NCBI GenBank assembly: GCA_043799545.1
Contig: JAZDNO010000005.1
Coordinates: forward strand, 32,001 to 96,000
Source: Methanobacteriota archaeon
GTDB taxonomy: Archaea; Thermoplasmatota; Thermoplasmata; SG8-5; DAIRED01
Length of the DNA: 64,000 nt
Reading direction: 5' to 3'
The translations under genes and the position numbers were made by a program. The notes beneath the pieces were generated by a model, which was given only the letters and a program-made list of their open reading frames with translations, did not search any database and was not told the DNA's origin. Positions 56,255 to 64,000 of this stretch are shown piece after piece. Numbering within the stretch: the stretch's first letter is position 1; each line of letters opens with the position of its first letter.

Positions 56255-57909
56255 GATAAACCTACGATATTCCCCTTCTCGTCGAAGTCTATCAACTCGG
56301 CGGCAGGACGCTTCGGCAGGCCCGGCATCCGGGTTATCTCCCCGGCTATGGGTATGAGGAATCCAGCGCCTGTGGATATCTTGACCTCGCTGACGTGGAC
56401 CTCGAACCCCTTCGGGGCGCCCAGGAGCTTGGGGTCGTCGGAGAAGGAATATTGGGTCTTTGCAACGCACAGCGGCAAGCCCCCGCAGCCCAGCTCCTCC
56501 CAGGTCTCAATGTCCTTCTTGGCTTCCGGCGAATAGACCACCCTGCCCGCATGGTATATTTTCGATGCCAGCGCGTCCATCTTATCCGCGATGCCATCGT
56601 CCAGGGGATAGGCGAACCTTGGCTCCAGTTCGTTCACCGACGACATCACGGCTCGGGCCAGGTCGAGGGAGCCTTCGGAGCCCCTTGCATGGGCCTCGGT
56701 CGCGACGCATTCAGCATCGAACGACCGGCACAGCTCGCTCACCAGCTTAATTTCGTTCGGCGTGTCGTTCCTGTTTACGTTTAAGGCTATCACGGGCTTC
56801 CAGCCGAACGCCCGTACGTTCTCGATGTGGCGCTGGAGGTTCACGAATCCCGATTCGAGCGCTTTCAGATTCTCAGTGCCCAGGGCATTCTTGCCGACGC
56901 CCCCGTGATACTTGAGTGCCTTCACTGTGGCGACAATGACGACGGCGGCAACCGGCAGACCTGACTTCCTGCAGAAGATGTCGAAGAACTTCTCCCCTCC
57001 CAGGTCGGAGCCGAATCCCGCTTCGGTGACATAGTAATCAGCGAAGCTCAGGCCCAGTCTGGCGCCAATCAGGGACGACGTGCCGTGCGCGATGTTTGCG
57101 AACGGGCCCCCGTGGATAATCGCCGGCGTCCCCTCAATGGTCTGGACCAGGTTCGGTTTTATGGCGTCCTTGAGCAGGACGGCCATCGCCCCAGAGGCCT
57201 TCAGATCCCGGCAGAAGACTGGCTTATCGTCGGTTGTGAAACCCACGAGGGCGTTGCCGAGCATCTCCTTGAGCTCAGCAGGGTTCCTGCACAGGCAAAG
57301 TATGGCCATGACCTCGGACGCGGCGGTGATGTCGAACTGGGTCTCGTCCACCATGCCGCCCTCCTTCCCGCCCAGGCCGACGACAATCCTGCGCAGCGAG
57401 CGGTCGTTCACGTCCATGACTCTCGGCCATTCGATTCTCCGCGAGTCCAGATTCAGCTTGTTGGAGAAATGCAGGCTGTTGTTTACCAGGGCGGAGAGCA
57501 GGTTGTGGGCCGATGTAATCGCGTGAAGGTCCCCCGTGAAATGCAGATTGATGTCTTCCATGGGGAGCACTTGGGAATACCCGCCGCCGGCCGCGCCGCC
57601 CTTCATCCCGAACACGGGGCCGAGGGACGGCTCTCTCAGTCCGACCACGGCATTCTTCCCCAGCTTGCAGAGCGCCATAGCCAGGCCGATGGCCATAGTT
57701 GTCTTCCCCTCCCCCGCGGGGGTGGGGCTCATGGCCGTCACGAGGATAATCTTCCCTTTCTTCCGGGAAAGGTCGATTCCATCCACGGCGACCTTGGCCT
57801 TGTCGCATCCAAAGGGCAACAGAAGTTCGGGGTCTAGACCCAACCTCCCCGCGATGGCGTGCATGGGCTCCGGGGGCCTCCCTCGCGCAATCTCGATGTC
57901 TGCGAGCAA
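56251..57909 (-). CDS. fhs: Formate--tetrahydrofolate ligase
   Basis: PTPAGEGKTT, KGGAAGGGY, NLHFTGD, HGGPFANIAHG, TEAGFG.DLG, MPGLPK.PAA. Confidence 0.97.
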   Translation of the reverse strand: MLADIEIARGRPPEPMHAIAGRLGLDPELLLPFGCDKAKVAVDGIDLSRKKGKIILVTAMSPTPAGEGKTTMAIGLAMALCKLGKNAVVGLREPSLGPVFGMKGGAAGGGYSQVLPMEDINLHFTGDLHAITSAHNLLSALVNNSLHFSNKLNLDSRRIEWPRVMDVNDRSLRRIVVGLGGKEGGMVDETQFDITAASEVMAILCLCRNPAELKEMLGNALVGFTTDDKPVFCRDLKASGAMAVLLKDAIKPNLVQTIEGTPAIIHGGPFANIAHGTSSLIGARLGLSFADYYVTEAGFGSDLGGEKFFDIFCRKSGLPVAAVVIVATVKALKYHGGVGKNALGTENLKALESGFVNLQRHIENVRAFGWKPVIALNVNRNDTPNEIKLVSELCRSFDAECVATEAHARGSEGSLDLARAVMSSVNELEPRFAYPLDDGIADKMDALASKIYHAGRVVYSPEAKKDIETWEELGCGGLPLCVAKTQYSFSDDPKLLGAPKGFEVHVSEVKISTGAGFLIPIAGEITRMPGLPKRPAAELIDFDEKGNIVGLS

Positions 57910-57913
57910 TGGC

Positions 57914-59584
57914 TCACCCTGCCAGGCTCGCGTCCATAGTTGCCATCACAGAGTCGCGGACGCCCGCGGCGTCTTTCTTCAGCTTGTTAACTGCCGATAT
58001 CATTGCGTTCTTGTAGGTCTCGTCCTTGACCTCTTTCAAATTGATGAGCACGTTCATGAGCGCACCCTCCACCCCGGTCCAGGCCGCCAGCGCAGCCACT
58101 CCAGCATCGGAGGCCGAGTTTTTATTGCCTTTTTCTGCCACTTCCTTCGCGAGCTCAAGGGCGCGCAAGCACAGCTTCGCCGTTCCCAGCGGCACGCCTA
58201 TCGCTTTTTTATAACCATCCTGGATAGCCGCGTCCCGAGCCGAGATTTGCTCCGGCGTCTTTTTTGGCAGGCGCATCGCCTCCATCAAGGAGTTGAAGGC
58301 GCTGGTGTCGTCGTCCACGCACCTGCATAATCTGTCCTTCACAGATTGCGCCTCGCGCGATAGCTCGTCCATCCTCGCGAAGTCTTGCTCGTACCCTTTC
58401 TTGCCCACTGTGAGGTTCGCCACCATCGCGGCCAGGGCGGCCCCGAGCGCTCCAGACAGGGCGGCAACGCTGCCGCCTCCGGGCGCTGGGGAATCTGAAG
58501 AGACTTCGTCGACGAAACGCTTCGCGGTCATGGACATGAGCGGAGCATGGGGCGAGAACTGGTATTCGATTACCTTCTTCGAAGGGTCGAACTCGGAGAG
58601 CTGGTCTAGGCCGAGCGATTTCACGGCCATGGCTATGAGCTCGTAGTCTGGAACCCCCGTCGATTTGCCCTGCCTTTTGAAATAGTATCTCCCAGCCTCC
58701 AGAAGGGGCTCGAGGGGGATGAGCCCGACCAGCTCGCTGCCCGTTACCCGCAGGCCAAGTTTGTGGGCTCCCTCGCAGGCAGCCTCGAAGACGGCGTGGG
58801 GCGGGGTCATTTTCCAATTGGTCAGGTTGATGGAAATCTGTGCCTGGCCGTACTGCTCGATGTACCATCCTACGGCCTTGACCGCTTTGAACTTCCCCGG
58901 AATTTTGACAGTGTTGCCGTCGGCGTCCTTCAGGGTCTTCCCGTCAGGACCCTTCTTGGGTCTTCCAGCCTCGCGGATGTCCAGCGCGATTTCGTGCGCC
59001 AGCTTCTTGTCCTTTGTGTTCAGGTTGACGTTGTACGCTATGAGAAAATCGCGCGCCCCGATTATAACCGCCCCGGTCTTAGGCTTGAATTCCGAGGGGC
59101 CGAAATCTGGCTTCCATTCGGATTTCTTCAGCTTCTCCAGGAGACCCTCGTACTCACCCGCTCGTACTTCAGCTAGGTTGCGGCGCTCCGGTTTTGTAGC
59201 CGCATGCTCGTAGAGATATACGGGTATCTCCAGCTCCCTGCCTACGCGTTCCCCGACCTCCCGCGCGAGCGCCACGCAGTCATCCATGGTCACCCCGGAG
59301 ACTGGAATGAACGGGCAGACGTCGGTGGCGCCCATGCGCGCGTGCGCGCCGTGGTGCTTGCCCATGTCAATGACCTCGGAGGCTTTTCTAATCGCCTGGA
59401 AGGCAGCTTCCTTGACCCCCTCGGGCGAACCGACAAAGGTCACTACTGTGCGGTTCGTATCGGCTCCGGGGTCGACGTCCAGAAGCTTCACGTCCGGCAC
59501 CTCCTTGATGGCATCGGTTATGGCTTCTATCTTCTTCAGGTCCCGCCCCTCGCTGAAGTTCGGAACGCACTCGACGATTCTCAT
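57914..59584 (-). CDS. ftcD: Glutamate formiminotransferase-cyclodeaminase fusion
   Basis: VECVPNFSEGR, H.G.H.RMGATDVCPF; C-terminal PAPGGGSVAA cyclodeaminase domain. Confidence 0.95.
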   Translation of the reverse strand: MRIVECVPNFSEGRDLKKIEAITDAIKEVPDVKLLDVDPGADTNRTVVTFVGSPEGVKEAAFQAIRKASEVIDMGKHHGAHARMGATDVCPFIPVSGVTMDDCVALAREVGERVGRELEIPVYLYEHAATKPERRNLAEVRAGEYEGLLEKLKKSEWKPDFGPSEFKPKTGAVIIGARDFLIAYNVNLNTKDKKLAHEIALDIREAGRPKKGPDGKTLKDADGNTVKIPGKFKAVKAVGWYIEQYGQAQISINLTNWKMTPPHAVFEAACEGAHKLGLRVTGSELVGLIPLEPLLEAGRYYFKRQGKSTGVPDYELIAMAVKSLGLDQLSEFDPSKKVIEYQFSPHAPLMSMTAKRFVDEVSSDSPAPGGGSVAALSGALGAALAAMVANLTVGKKGYEQDFARMDELSREAQSVKDRLCRCVDDDTSAFNSLMEAMRLPKKTPEQISARDAAIQDGYKKAIGVPLGTAKLCLRALELAKEVAEKGNKNSASDAGVAALAAWTGVEGALMNVLINLKEVKDETYKNAMISAVNKLKKDAAGVRDSVMATMDASLAG

Positions 59585-59708
59585 GGCGACCACTGCCCCT
59601 AAATTGAACTAATACTATAAGTGTTTGACCCGCCGCGCTCATGTTTTGGCTTTCTGGGCATGCAAAACCCTTATAAACGGGCTCCGTTTCACCAACCCTG
59701 CGATTTAC

Positions 59709-59876
59709 ATGAACGACGAAGTGGCATGCAACTCCTGTGGCATCAGGCTGATAGGAAACAAGGACACCAAGTTCAACTGTCCAGACTGCGGCGCGGTCAT
59801 AATGGGCCGATGCGAGCAGTGCAGGGACCAGAGCATAGTATACAAGTGCCCCAAGTGCGGGTTTGCGGGACCGTGA
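59709..59876 (+). CDS. Small Zn-ribbon protein (HVO_2753/DUF1610-like)
   Basis: [26 protein letters not shown]; directly upstream of aEF-1beta. Confidence 0.9.
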   Translation: MNDEVACNSCGIRLIGNKDTKFNCPDCGAVIMGRCEQCRDQSIVYKCPKCGFAGP

Positions 59877-59880
59877 GCCA

Positions 59881-60150
59881 ATGGGCGACGTGTTGATATT
59901 CTTCCAGGCGGCGCCAGAGGGACTGGAGACTGACCTGGGCAAGATGCGCGCCGGCCTCGAAGCCGTTGCCAAAAAGCACGGCAGGCTCCCAGGTCCAATC
60001 GAGCAGAAGCCGCTGGCATTCGGCCTCGAGGCGCTGATAGTCAAGGTCATCATCCCCGACAAGGCGGGCCTCATGGACAAGCTGGAGGCGGAGCTGAGGG
60101 CGGTCGAGGGCGTCAGCAACGTAGAGACGCTGGATATGAGCCTGATTTGA
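59881..60150 (+). CDS. ef1b: Elongation factor aEF-1beta
   Basis: PLAFGL.AL..IPD..G..D.LE..L..VEGV. Confidence 0.9.
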   Translation: MGDVLIFFQAAPEGLETDLGKMRAGLEAVAKKHGRLPGPIEQKPLAFGLEALIVKVIIPDKAGLMDKLEAELRAVEGVSNVETLDMSLI

Positions 60151-60282
60151 GGCTATTCAAAGAGTCACGTTAATTATAAAATAGGTATCCGTCAGACAAG
60201 AAATATTGGACGATTTTGATAGCTAACTGGTTGGACGCGTCTCTCGGCGTTTGTTAATTGTTAGTTCTGTCAGATTGGCTCG

Positions 60283-60630
60283 CTATTTTGAATTCATTCT
60301 CTCAATTAAATCCGTTTTTGTATATTTAGTGGTTATATTATTATATGAACGTTTTCGTACTTCTGCAGCATGTACAAATACTGCGCGCTGAAGCAATTCG
60401 ACGTAGGCACTTCTTTTCAATCGATATAGCTTTATTCTTCCTTTCCCAACAGGCCTAGATTCAACGATTATTGCAACTCGCTCTAGATATAAAAGAGAAT
60501 CTCTAATGGCTGGAAGTGATCGATCCAATGCTTCAGCAATTTCACTCACGACGTAATCGAATCTAGGATGCGCCAAAAGAAAATCAAATACTTCTATATC
60601 GAGTTTGGATCGAAACATATCTTCAATCAT
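60283..60630 (-). CDS. wHTH protein (AT-rich)
   Basis: YVVSEIAEALDRS..IRDSL..LE..RPVGKGRIKLYRL; SD GGAGGAG; ATGATTGA overlap with the upstream gene. Confidence 0.75.
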   Translation of the reverse strand: MIEDMFRSKLDIEVFDFLLAHPRFDYVVSEIAEALDRSLPAIRDSLLYLERVAIIVESRPVGKGRIKLYRLKRSAYVELLQRAVFVHAAEVRKRSYNNITTKYTKTDLIERMNSK

Positions 60631-61897
60631 GTTTCTCTCCTCCAATTAAATTGTATGTTTTGCATATAATAATACAAATTTTTCTATGCCCTGATATAAT
60701 AAATGTTAGTGATATGAGTAACGCATAATTGTTTAATTTATTATATAAAGAATCTAACTTATTTGTATTATAAAAAATAGATAAATTTCTATCGACACTT
60801 TTATAAAAATAACAATAAAACTCATTTTCCACATCGCATTTTACAATGAAGCCCAACCTTGAAATCTTATTATTATCATTAAGTTGTAAAAGGCAAAGTA
60901 ATAAGATTGCCAGTTGTAAATACTGGTGAAGATCATTTTTGTTATTTATTGCGATGGTAAGATTCGTTGATGCACTCATTCTATTGAAGACATCAAGTGC
61001 GTTCGTGTTCTTAGAGGCATCAACTTCGAAAGGGAGTATTAAGATTCCAATTGTTGAAATTCCCATTGATTTTGCAACTTCAGTTACATATGGGGCGGCA
61101 CCAGAGCCAACTCCTCTGCTGAGATCTGCGAGGACGATGGTTTTGTCGGCGCCTTCTAGCACGTCATGGATCTCTTTATCACACCTGGCAGAGCACGCCT
61201 CTCCAATCTCGGGGTAGGTATCGGACTTACCAAACGTCGGGTCCATATCCTTGCAGAAACCCAGTCCCTTGGCCCGGTGGAGGTTCTCGTTGTCCATGGC
61301 GATGGTCAGGTTAGTCGAGCCCTTCATTCTTTTGAGATACTCCATGGCGGCCGCGCGCCTCGGCGCCTCGGCCGCGAACGGCAGGACGACTATGTCGAAG
61401 GTGAAAATCCCCATGGACTTCGCCACGTCCGCAACGTAAGGCGCGGCGCCGGAGCCGACACCTCCTCCGAGGCCGGCCACGACAATGGCCATGTCCGCCC
61501 CGTTGAGGGCCTTGCGGATTTCCGCGTCGCATCTGGCCGTGCACGCCTCCCCCACCCCGGGATAGACCGCCGATTTGCCGAAGGTGCGGTCTCTGCCGAC
61601 CTGCACGACTTTGCCCGATTTGGCTTTCGTCAGGCTTGCCCAATCCGAGTTGAGGTAAGTTGCGGTGATGTTTGGCAGAGCGCTGGTGATATGTTTGTCA
61701 GGTTTGTAGCCTGCGTCGCAGCAGGCGATTATTCGCAAGCCGTGGTTCCAGGTCAGCTCTCGTTTACACTCATCGCGCTCTCTGGACATCACGTCTGATT
61801 CGCAGATTATGGCTGGTGTCATCTTCTTTCCTCCACTTTCGCTAGCTCTTTGCGACGTGCTGTCGTCGTGCATCCCATCCTTCCGCCCGGCTGGCAT
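60623..61897 (-). CDS. Degenerate FtsZ-like protein: N-terminal GTPase domain, partial tandem duplicate and AT-rich tail
   Basis: GADMAIVVAGLGGGVGSGAAPYVADVAK..VVLPF..E..DNENL; second copy ADLSRGVGSGAAPYVTEVAK; no C-terminal FtsZ domain. Confidence 0.75.
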   Translation of the reverse strand: MPAGRKDGMHDDSTSQRASESGGKKMTPAIICESDVMSRERDECKRELTWNHGLRIIACCDAGYKPDKHITSALPNITATYLNSDWASLTKAKSGKVVQVGRDRTFGKSAVYPGVGEACTARCDAEIRKALNGADMAIVVAGLGGGVGSGAAPYVADVAKSMGIFTFDIVVLPFAAEAPRRAAAMEYLKRMKGSTNLTIAMDNENLHRAKGLGFCKDMDPTFGKSDTYPEIGEACSARCDKEIHDVLEGADKTIVLADLSRGVGSGAAPYVTEVAKSMGISTIGILILPFEVDASKNTNALDVFNRMSASTNLTIAINNKNDLHQYLQLAILLLCLLQLNDNNKISRLGFIVKCDVENEFYCYFYKSVDRNLSIFYNTNKLDSLYNKLNNYALLISLTFIISGHRKICIIICKTYNLIGGEKHD

Positions 61898-61956
61898 GGC
61901 TTACCCCGCCTGCTCGCGAGAGCCGGGCGACCGAGAGTCTAAACATCGTTGAGGTC

Positions 61957-62349
61957 TCATCTAGAGGCTATCAACTGCTTGTTCTCGGTTACACTGAGGG
62001 CTACTTCCTGTCCCGAGGACCGCGCCATGACCCTGAACCGCTCCTCTAGCCGCTTGACCTGGTCGGCCTCGAAGAAGATGTCAATCATTCGCCTGAGAGC
62101 CTTCTCCCTGCCCGAAAACCATCCGTTCTTCACGATGCTATCGAGGTAGTTTATCTCGGCCGGAGACAACTCAACGCAGATTGGCACGTCCTGACCCGGC
62201 GACGGTTCCTCCATCGCTTGGTCCAGGGCGATTCTGACCAGCTCGGACCTCGTGAGCCCGAGCCTCTTGGCCCTCTCCGTCACGCTGTTCACGTACTCGG
62301 GAGAGAGTCGTATGGTCATTCGCTCGTTTACTTTTTCCGCCTGATCCAT
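61957..62349 (-). CDS. Tandem ribbon-helix-helix (CopG/CdrS-like) regulator
   Basis: ERMTIRLS..LTRSELVRIAL and ICVELS..LDSIVKNG.F..REKALR. Confidence 0.85.
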   Translation of the reverse strand: MDQAEKVNERMTIRLSPEYVNSVTERAKRLGLTRSELVRIALDQAMEEPSPGQDVPICVELSPAEINYLDSIVKNGWFSGREKALRRMIDIFFEADQVKRLEERFRVMARSSGQEVALSVTENKQLIASR

Positions 62350-62377
62350 TGTTCACCCTTTGCGTCGGTTATTCATC

Positions 62378-62471
62378 ATAGGACGCTGTAGGACATATAT
62401 ATCCTTCTTAATATAATATGTTTTCGCTTAAATTTATATATTTACCACTTTCAATTTTTAGGTGTAGGACA
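62378..62471. promoter_or_regulatory. Repeated TGTAGGACA motif upstream of the RHH gene
   Basis: TGTAGGACA at 62387-62395 and 62463-62471; partial ATAGGAC at 62378-62384; flanks are very AT-rich. Confidence 0.45.
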
Positions 62472-62670
62472 GAAATAATTACTAATATTATATAATATTT
62501 TAGAAAATTATATATATGAATTTACAGAAGATAACTTTATATAGCGATATAATCATAATAGTCACAATGAAAAATAGGCTTGTTGTTAGAGTGCATCCCA
62601 TCCTTTGTGCTGGGGCAAAGAATCCTCTCATCATGTTACTTACATTCACCATCTCCTGGGGAGGGTTATT

Positions 62671-62994
62671 ATGAAGAAAAAAGGGGCGATTTTGACCGAT
62701 TTTGATTTAATGTGTGCAATTATATACCTATTATGTATGTATAACACCCCTACAAGTGAAACCGAGATTCTCATGGGATCTCCACTTTCAATAAGGCTGC
62801 GTGTAAAAAAGCTTCTGTGTCTCCATTCGCAGGGCAATATTCCAATATTTCGCAAGGAACGCCGAAATGGTGTTTGGTATTATTGGATAAATCCAGAGGT
62901 TTATTCCGCTTGTATAGATTTACTGGCAGAAGAGAACTTTATTAAATTTGAGGATGCGTGTAAAATATTACAAAGGAAGAAGCCAGTAAAATAA
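62671..62994 (+). CDS. Hypothetical AT-rich wHTH-like protein
   Basis: SD GGGAGGG; TSETEI..VKKLL..RKERRNGVWYYWIN wing-like segment. Confidence 0.55.
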   Translation: MKKKGAILTDFDLMCAIIYLLCMYNTPTSETEILMGSPLSIRLRVKKLLCLHSQGNIPIFRKERRNGVWYYWINPEVYSACIDLLAEENFIKFEDACKILQRKKPVK

Positions 62995-63022
62995 ATCTAT
63001 GATTATTTAATACACAAACCTA

Positions 63023-63200
63023 GCCCTAATTCCCCGACCTTCAGGTTGGGGATGTAGGGCGGGTAAGCATCGGCTAACCCGGAGCATCTTTTTAGCCATA
63101 CAAGGGTGTACCGCTTTACCAAACACGGGAGGAAACCATGTTCGAAACCTCCGTGTTTCTCATTCCTCACGGACGGGGGTACCCCTCTCGGGCGACCATG
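63023..63200. mobile_element. Possible non-autonomous IS200/IS605-like remnant (hairpin ends, no transposase)
   Basis: Hairpin GCCCTA..TCCCCGACCT-TC-AGGTTGGGGA..TAGGGC at 63023-63060; degenerate TTCCTCACGGACGGGGGTA near 63172-63190; internal hairpin at about 63121-63158. Confidence 0.4.
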
Positions 63201-63246
63201 GCGCGTTTTTCGATAGTTTAATTACCCCCAATGGGTTGAGCAAATC

Positions 63247-63573
63247 ATGGCCAAGAGCCACAAGTTCGACCGCATGAAGCGCCAGCGCCAAGAAATCGCC
63301 GCCTCGCGCATCGAAACCCTGATGTCCCTGGCCGACGACCGGGGAAAGTCGCACGACCTCAAGTACGCTTCAAGGTACGTCACGCTCGCAAGGTCGATAG
63401 GGATGCGCTACAACGTGCGGCTTCGGTCTGCCGAGAAGCTGAAGGTCTGCAAGGGCTGCGGGGCATATCTGCTGCCGGGGATAACCCTGAGGGTTCGCAC
63501 GGGCAGGAAAACCTTAGTGAGGACTTGCCTCGAATGCGGCCTCGTCAGAAGGATGCCGCTGGAGAAAAGGTGA
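63247..63573 (+). CDS. rnp4: RNase P protein component 4 (Rpp21/Rpr2)
   Basis: IA..RIETL..YV.LAR.I.M..CKGC..L.PG..R.R..CLECG..RR.P. Confidence 0.93.
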   Translation: MAKSHKFDRMKRQRQEIAASRIETLMSLADDRGKSHDLKYASRYVTLARSIGMRYNVRLRSAEKLKVCKGCGAYLLPGITLRVRTGRKTLVRTCLECGLVRRMPLEKR

Positions 63574-63577
63574 AACC

Positions 63578-63826
63578 ATGGATTCGAAAACCCGCGCCAT
63601 GTTCAAGGGAAAGGCTCAGTCGCTGAAGGTCACGCTCCGCGCCGGAAAGGCAGGATTGACGGAGACGCTGGCAAAGGAGCTGGACTACCAGCTAAAGGAG
63701 AACAAGCTCGTGAAAGCTAGGATACTGAAAGGCGATGTCGAGGACATAGCCCGAAAGCTCGCGGAGGCCGCGAGGGCTGAGCTGGTCGAGGTCCGCGGAA
63801 AGACCGCGGTTTTCTGGAGAAAGTAG
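63578..63826 (+). CDS. YhbY/CRM-domain RNA-binding protein
   Basis: L..T..GK.GLT..L..QL....LVK.RIL..ELVEVRGKT.VF. Confidence 0.9.
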   Translation: MDSKTRAMFKGKAQSLKVTLRAGKAGLTETLAKELDYQLKENKLVKARILKGDVEDIARKLAEAARAELVEVRGKTAVFWRK

Positions 63827-63919
63827 CCCTCGATTGCGCAAAGGTTAAGTCCGCGGTCGCGCATACGAGCGCCGGGATTGCACTCGCTTAGAAGCGGCGC
63901 TTTCATTCGGGGGTAGCTG

Positions 63920-64000
63920 ATGGGTTCGGGGGACGCCTCTCTCGCGATTCGCTCTTATTTCGAGGGCATCGAGAGTGAGCTGGACCGGGCATACGCGGCA
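63920..64000 (+). CDS. polC: Probable DNA polymerase D large subunit (DP2) N-terminus, partial
   Basis: SYFEGIESELDRAYA resembles the DP2 N-terminal YF..LE..L..AY motif; only 27 codons are visible. Confidence 0.6.
   Translation, partial: MGSGDASLAIRSYFEGIESELDRAYAA

Noticed and set aside
55898-56470. 190-aa YunC with an N-terminal extension
   Set aside because: The extension overlaps the fhs 3' end in another frame; ATG 56254 gives a typical ATGA coupling.
63100-63200. RNase P RNA or SRP RNA next to rnp4
   Set aside because: GGAGGAAAC only superficially resembles the RNase P GAGGAAAGUCC motif; other conserved elements are absent and the region is too short.
1-64000. tRNA, rRNA, integrase or transposase genes
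   Set aside because: No cloverleaf/T-loop context, rRNA-like segment or recombinase motif was recognised by eye; a tRNAscan-SE or Infernal run would be needed to exclude them formally.

Overview
GC-rich euryarchaeal chromosomal window, most consistent with Thermoplasmata. The domain assignment rests on the A-type ATP synthase operon, aEF-1beta, Rpp21, the PolD large subunit start, translin and DUF835; the class assignment is inference. Most of the window is housekeeping and peptide/amino-acid catabolism: M32, M3 and M20 peptidases, pdxS, cobO, hypC-A-D, panE, glnA, atpHIKECFABD, rsmA, nikR, fhs and ftcD. No rRNA, tRNA or CRISPR array is visible. Main items of interest: (1) a >1,985-codon minus-strand ORF absent from the ORF track (it runs off the left edge), with HhH, nine double zinc ribbons, TPR, a 17x Asn-Gly repeat tract, one TM helix and LTD/DUF11 extracellular domains; (2) a tightly packed 8-gene putative signalling operon (PH-like, V4R, KaiC-like ATPase, roadblock, Zn-finger/coiled-coil/wHTH, two V4R/MetOD1-like proteins, GNAT), with further KaiC, V4R, DUF835 and TPR genes elsewhere in the window; (3) a single in-frame TAG at a highly conserved Tyr codon of atpB; (4) a mostly AT-rich island carrying a tandem-RHH gene, a degenerate, internally duplicated FtsZ-like gene and two wHTH genes; (5) a NikR-type palindrome between nikR and an unknown small membrane protein; (6) a TumE/TumA-like toxin-antitoxin pair bracketed by direct repeats. 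All product calls come from motif recognition by eye; no database searches were run.
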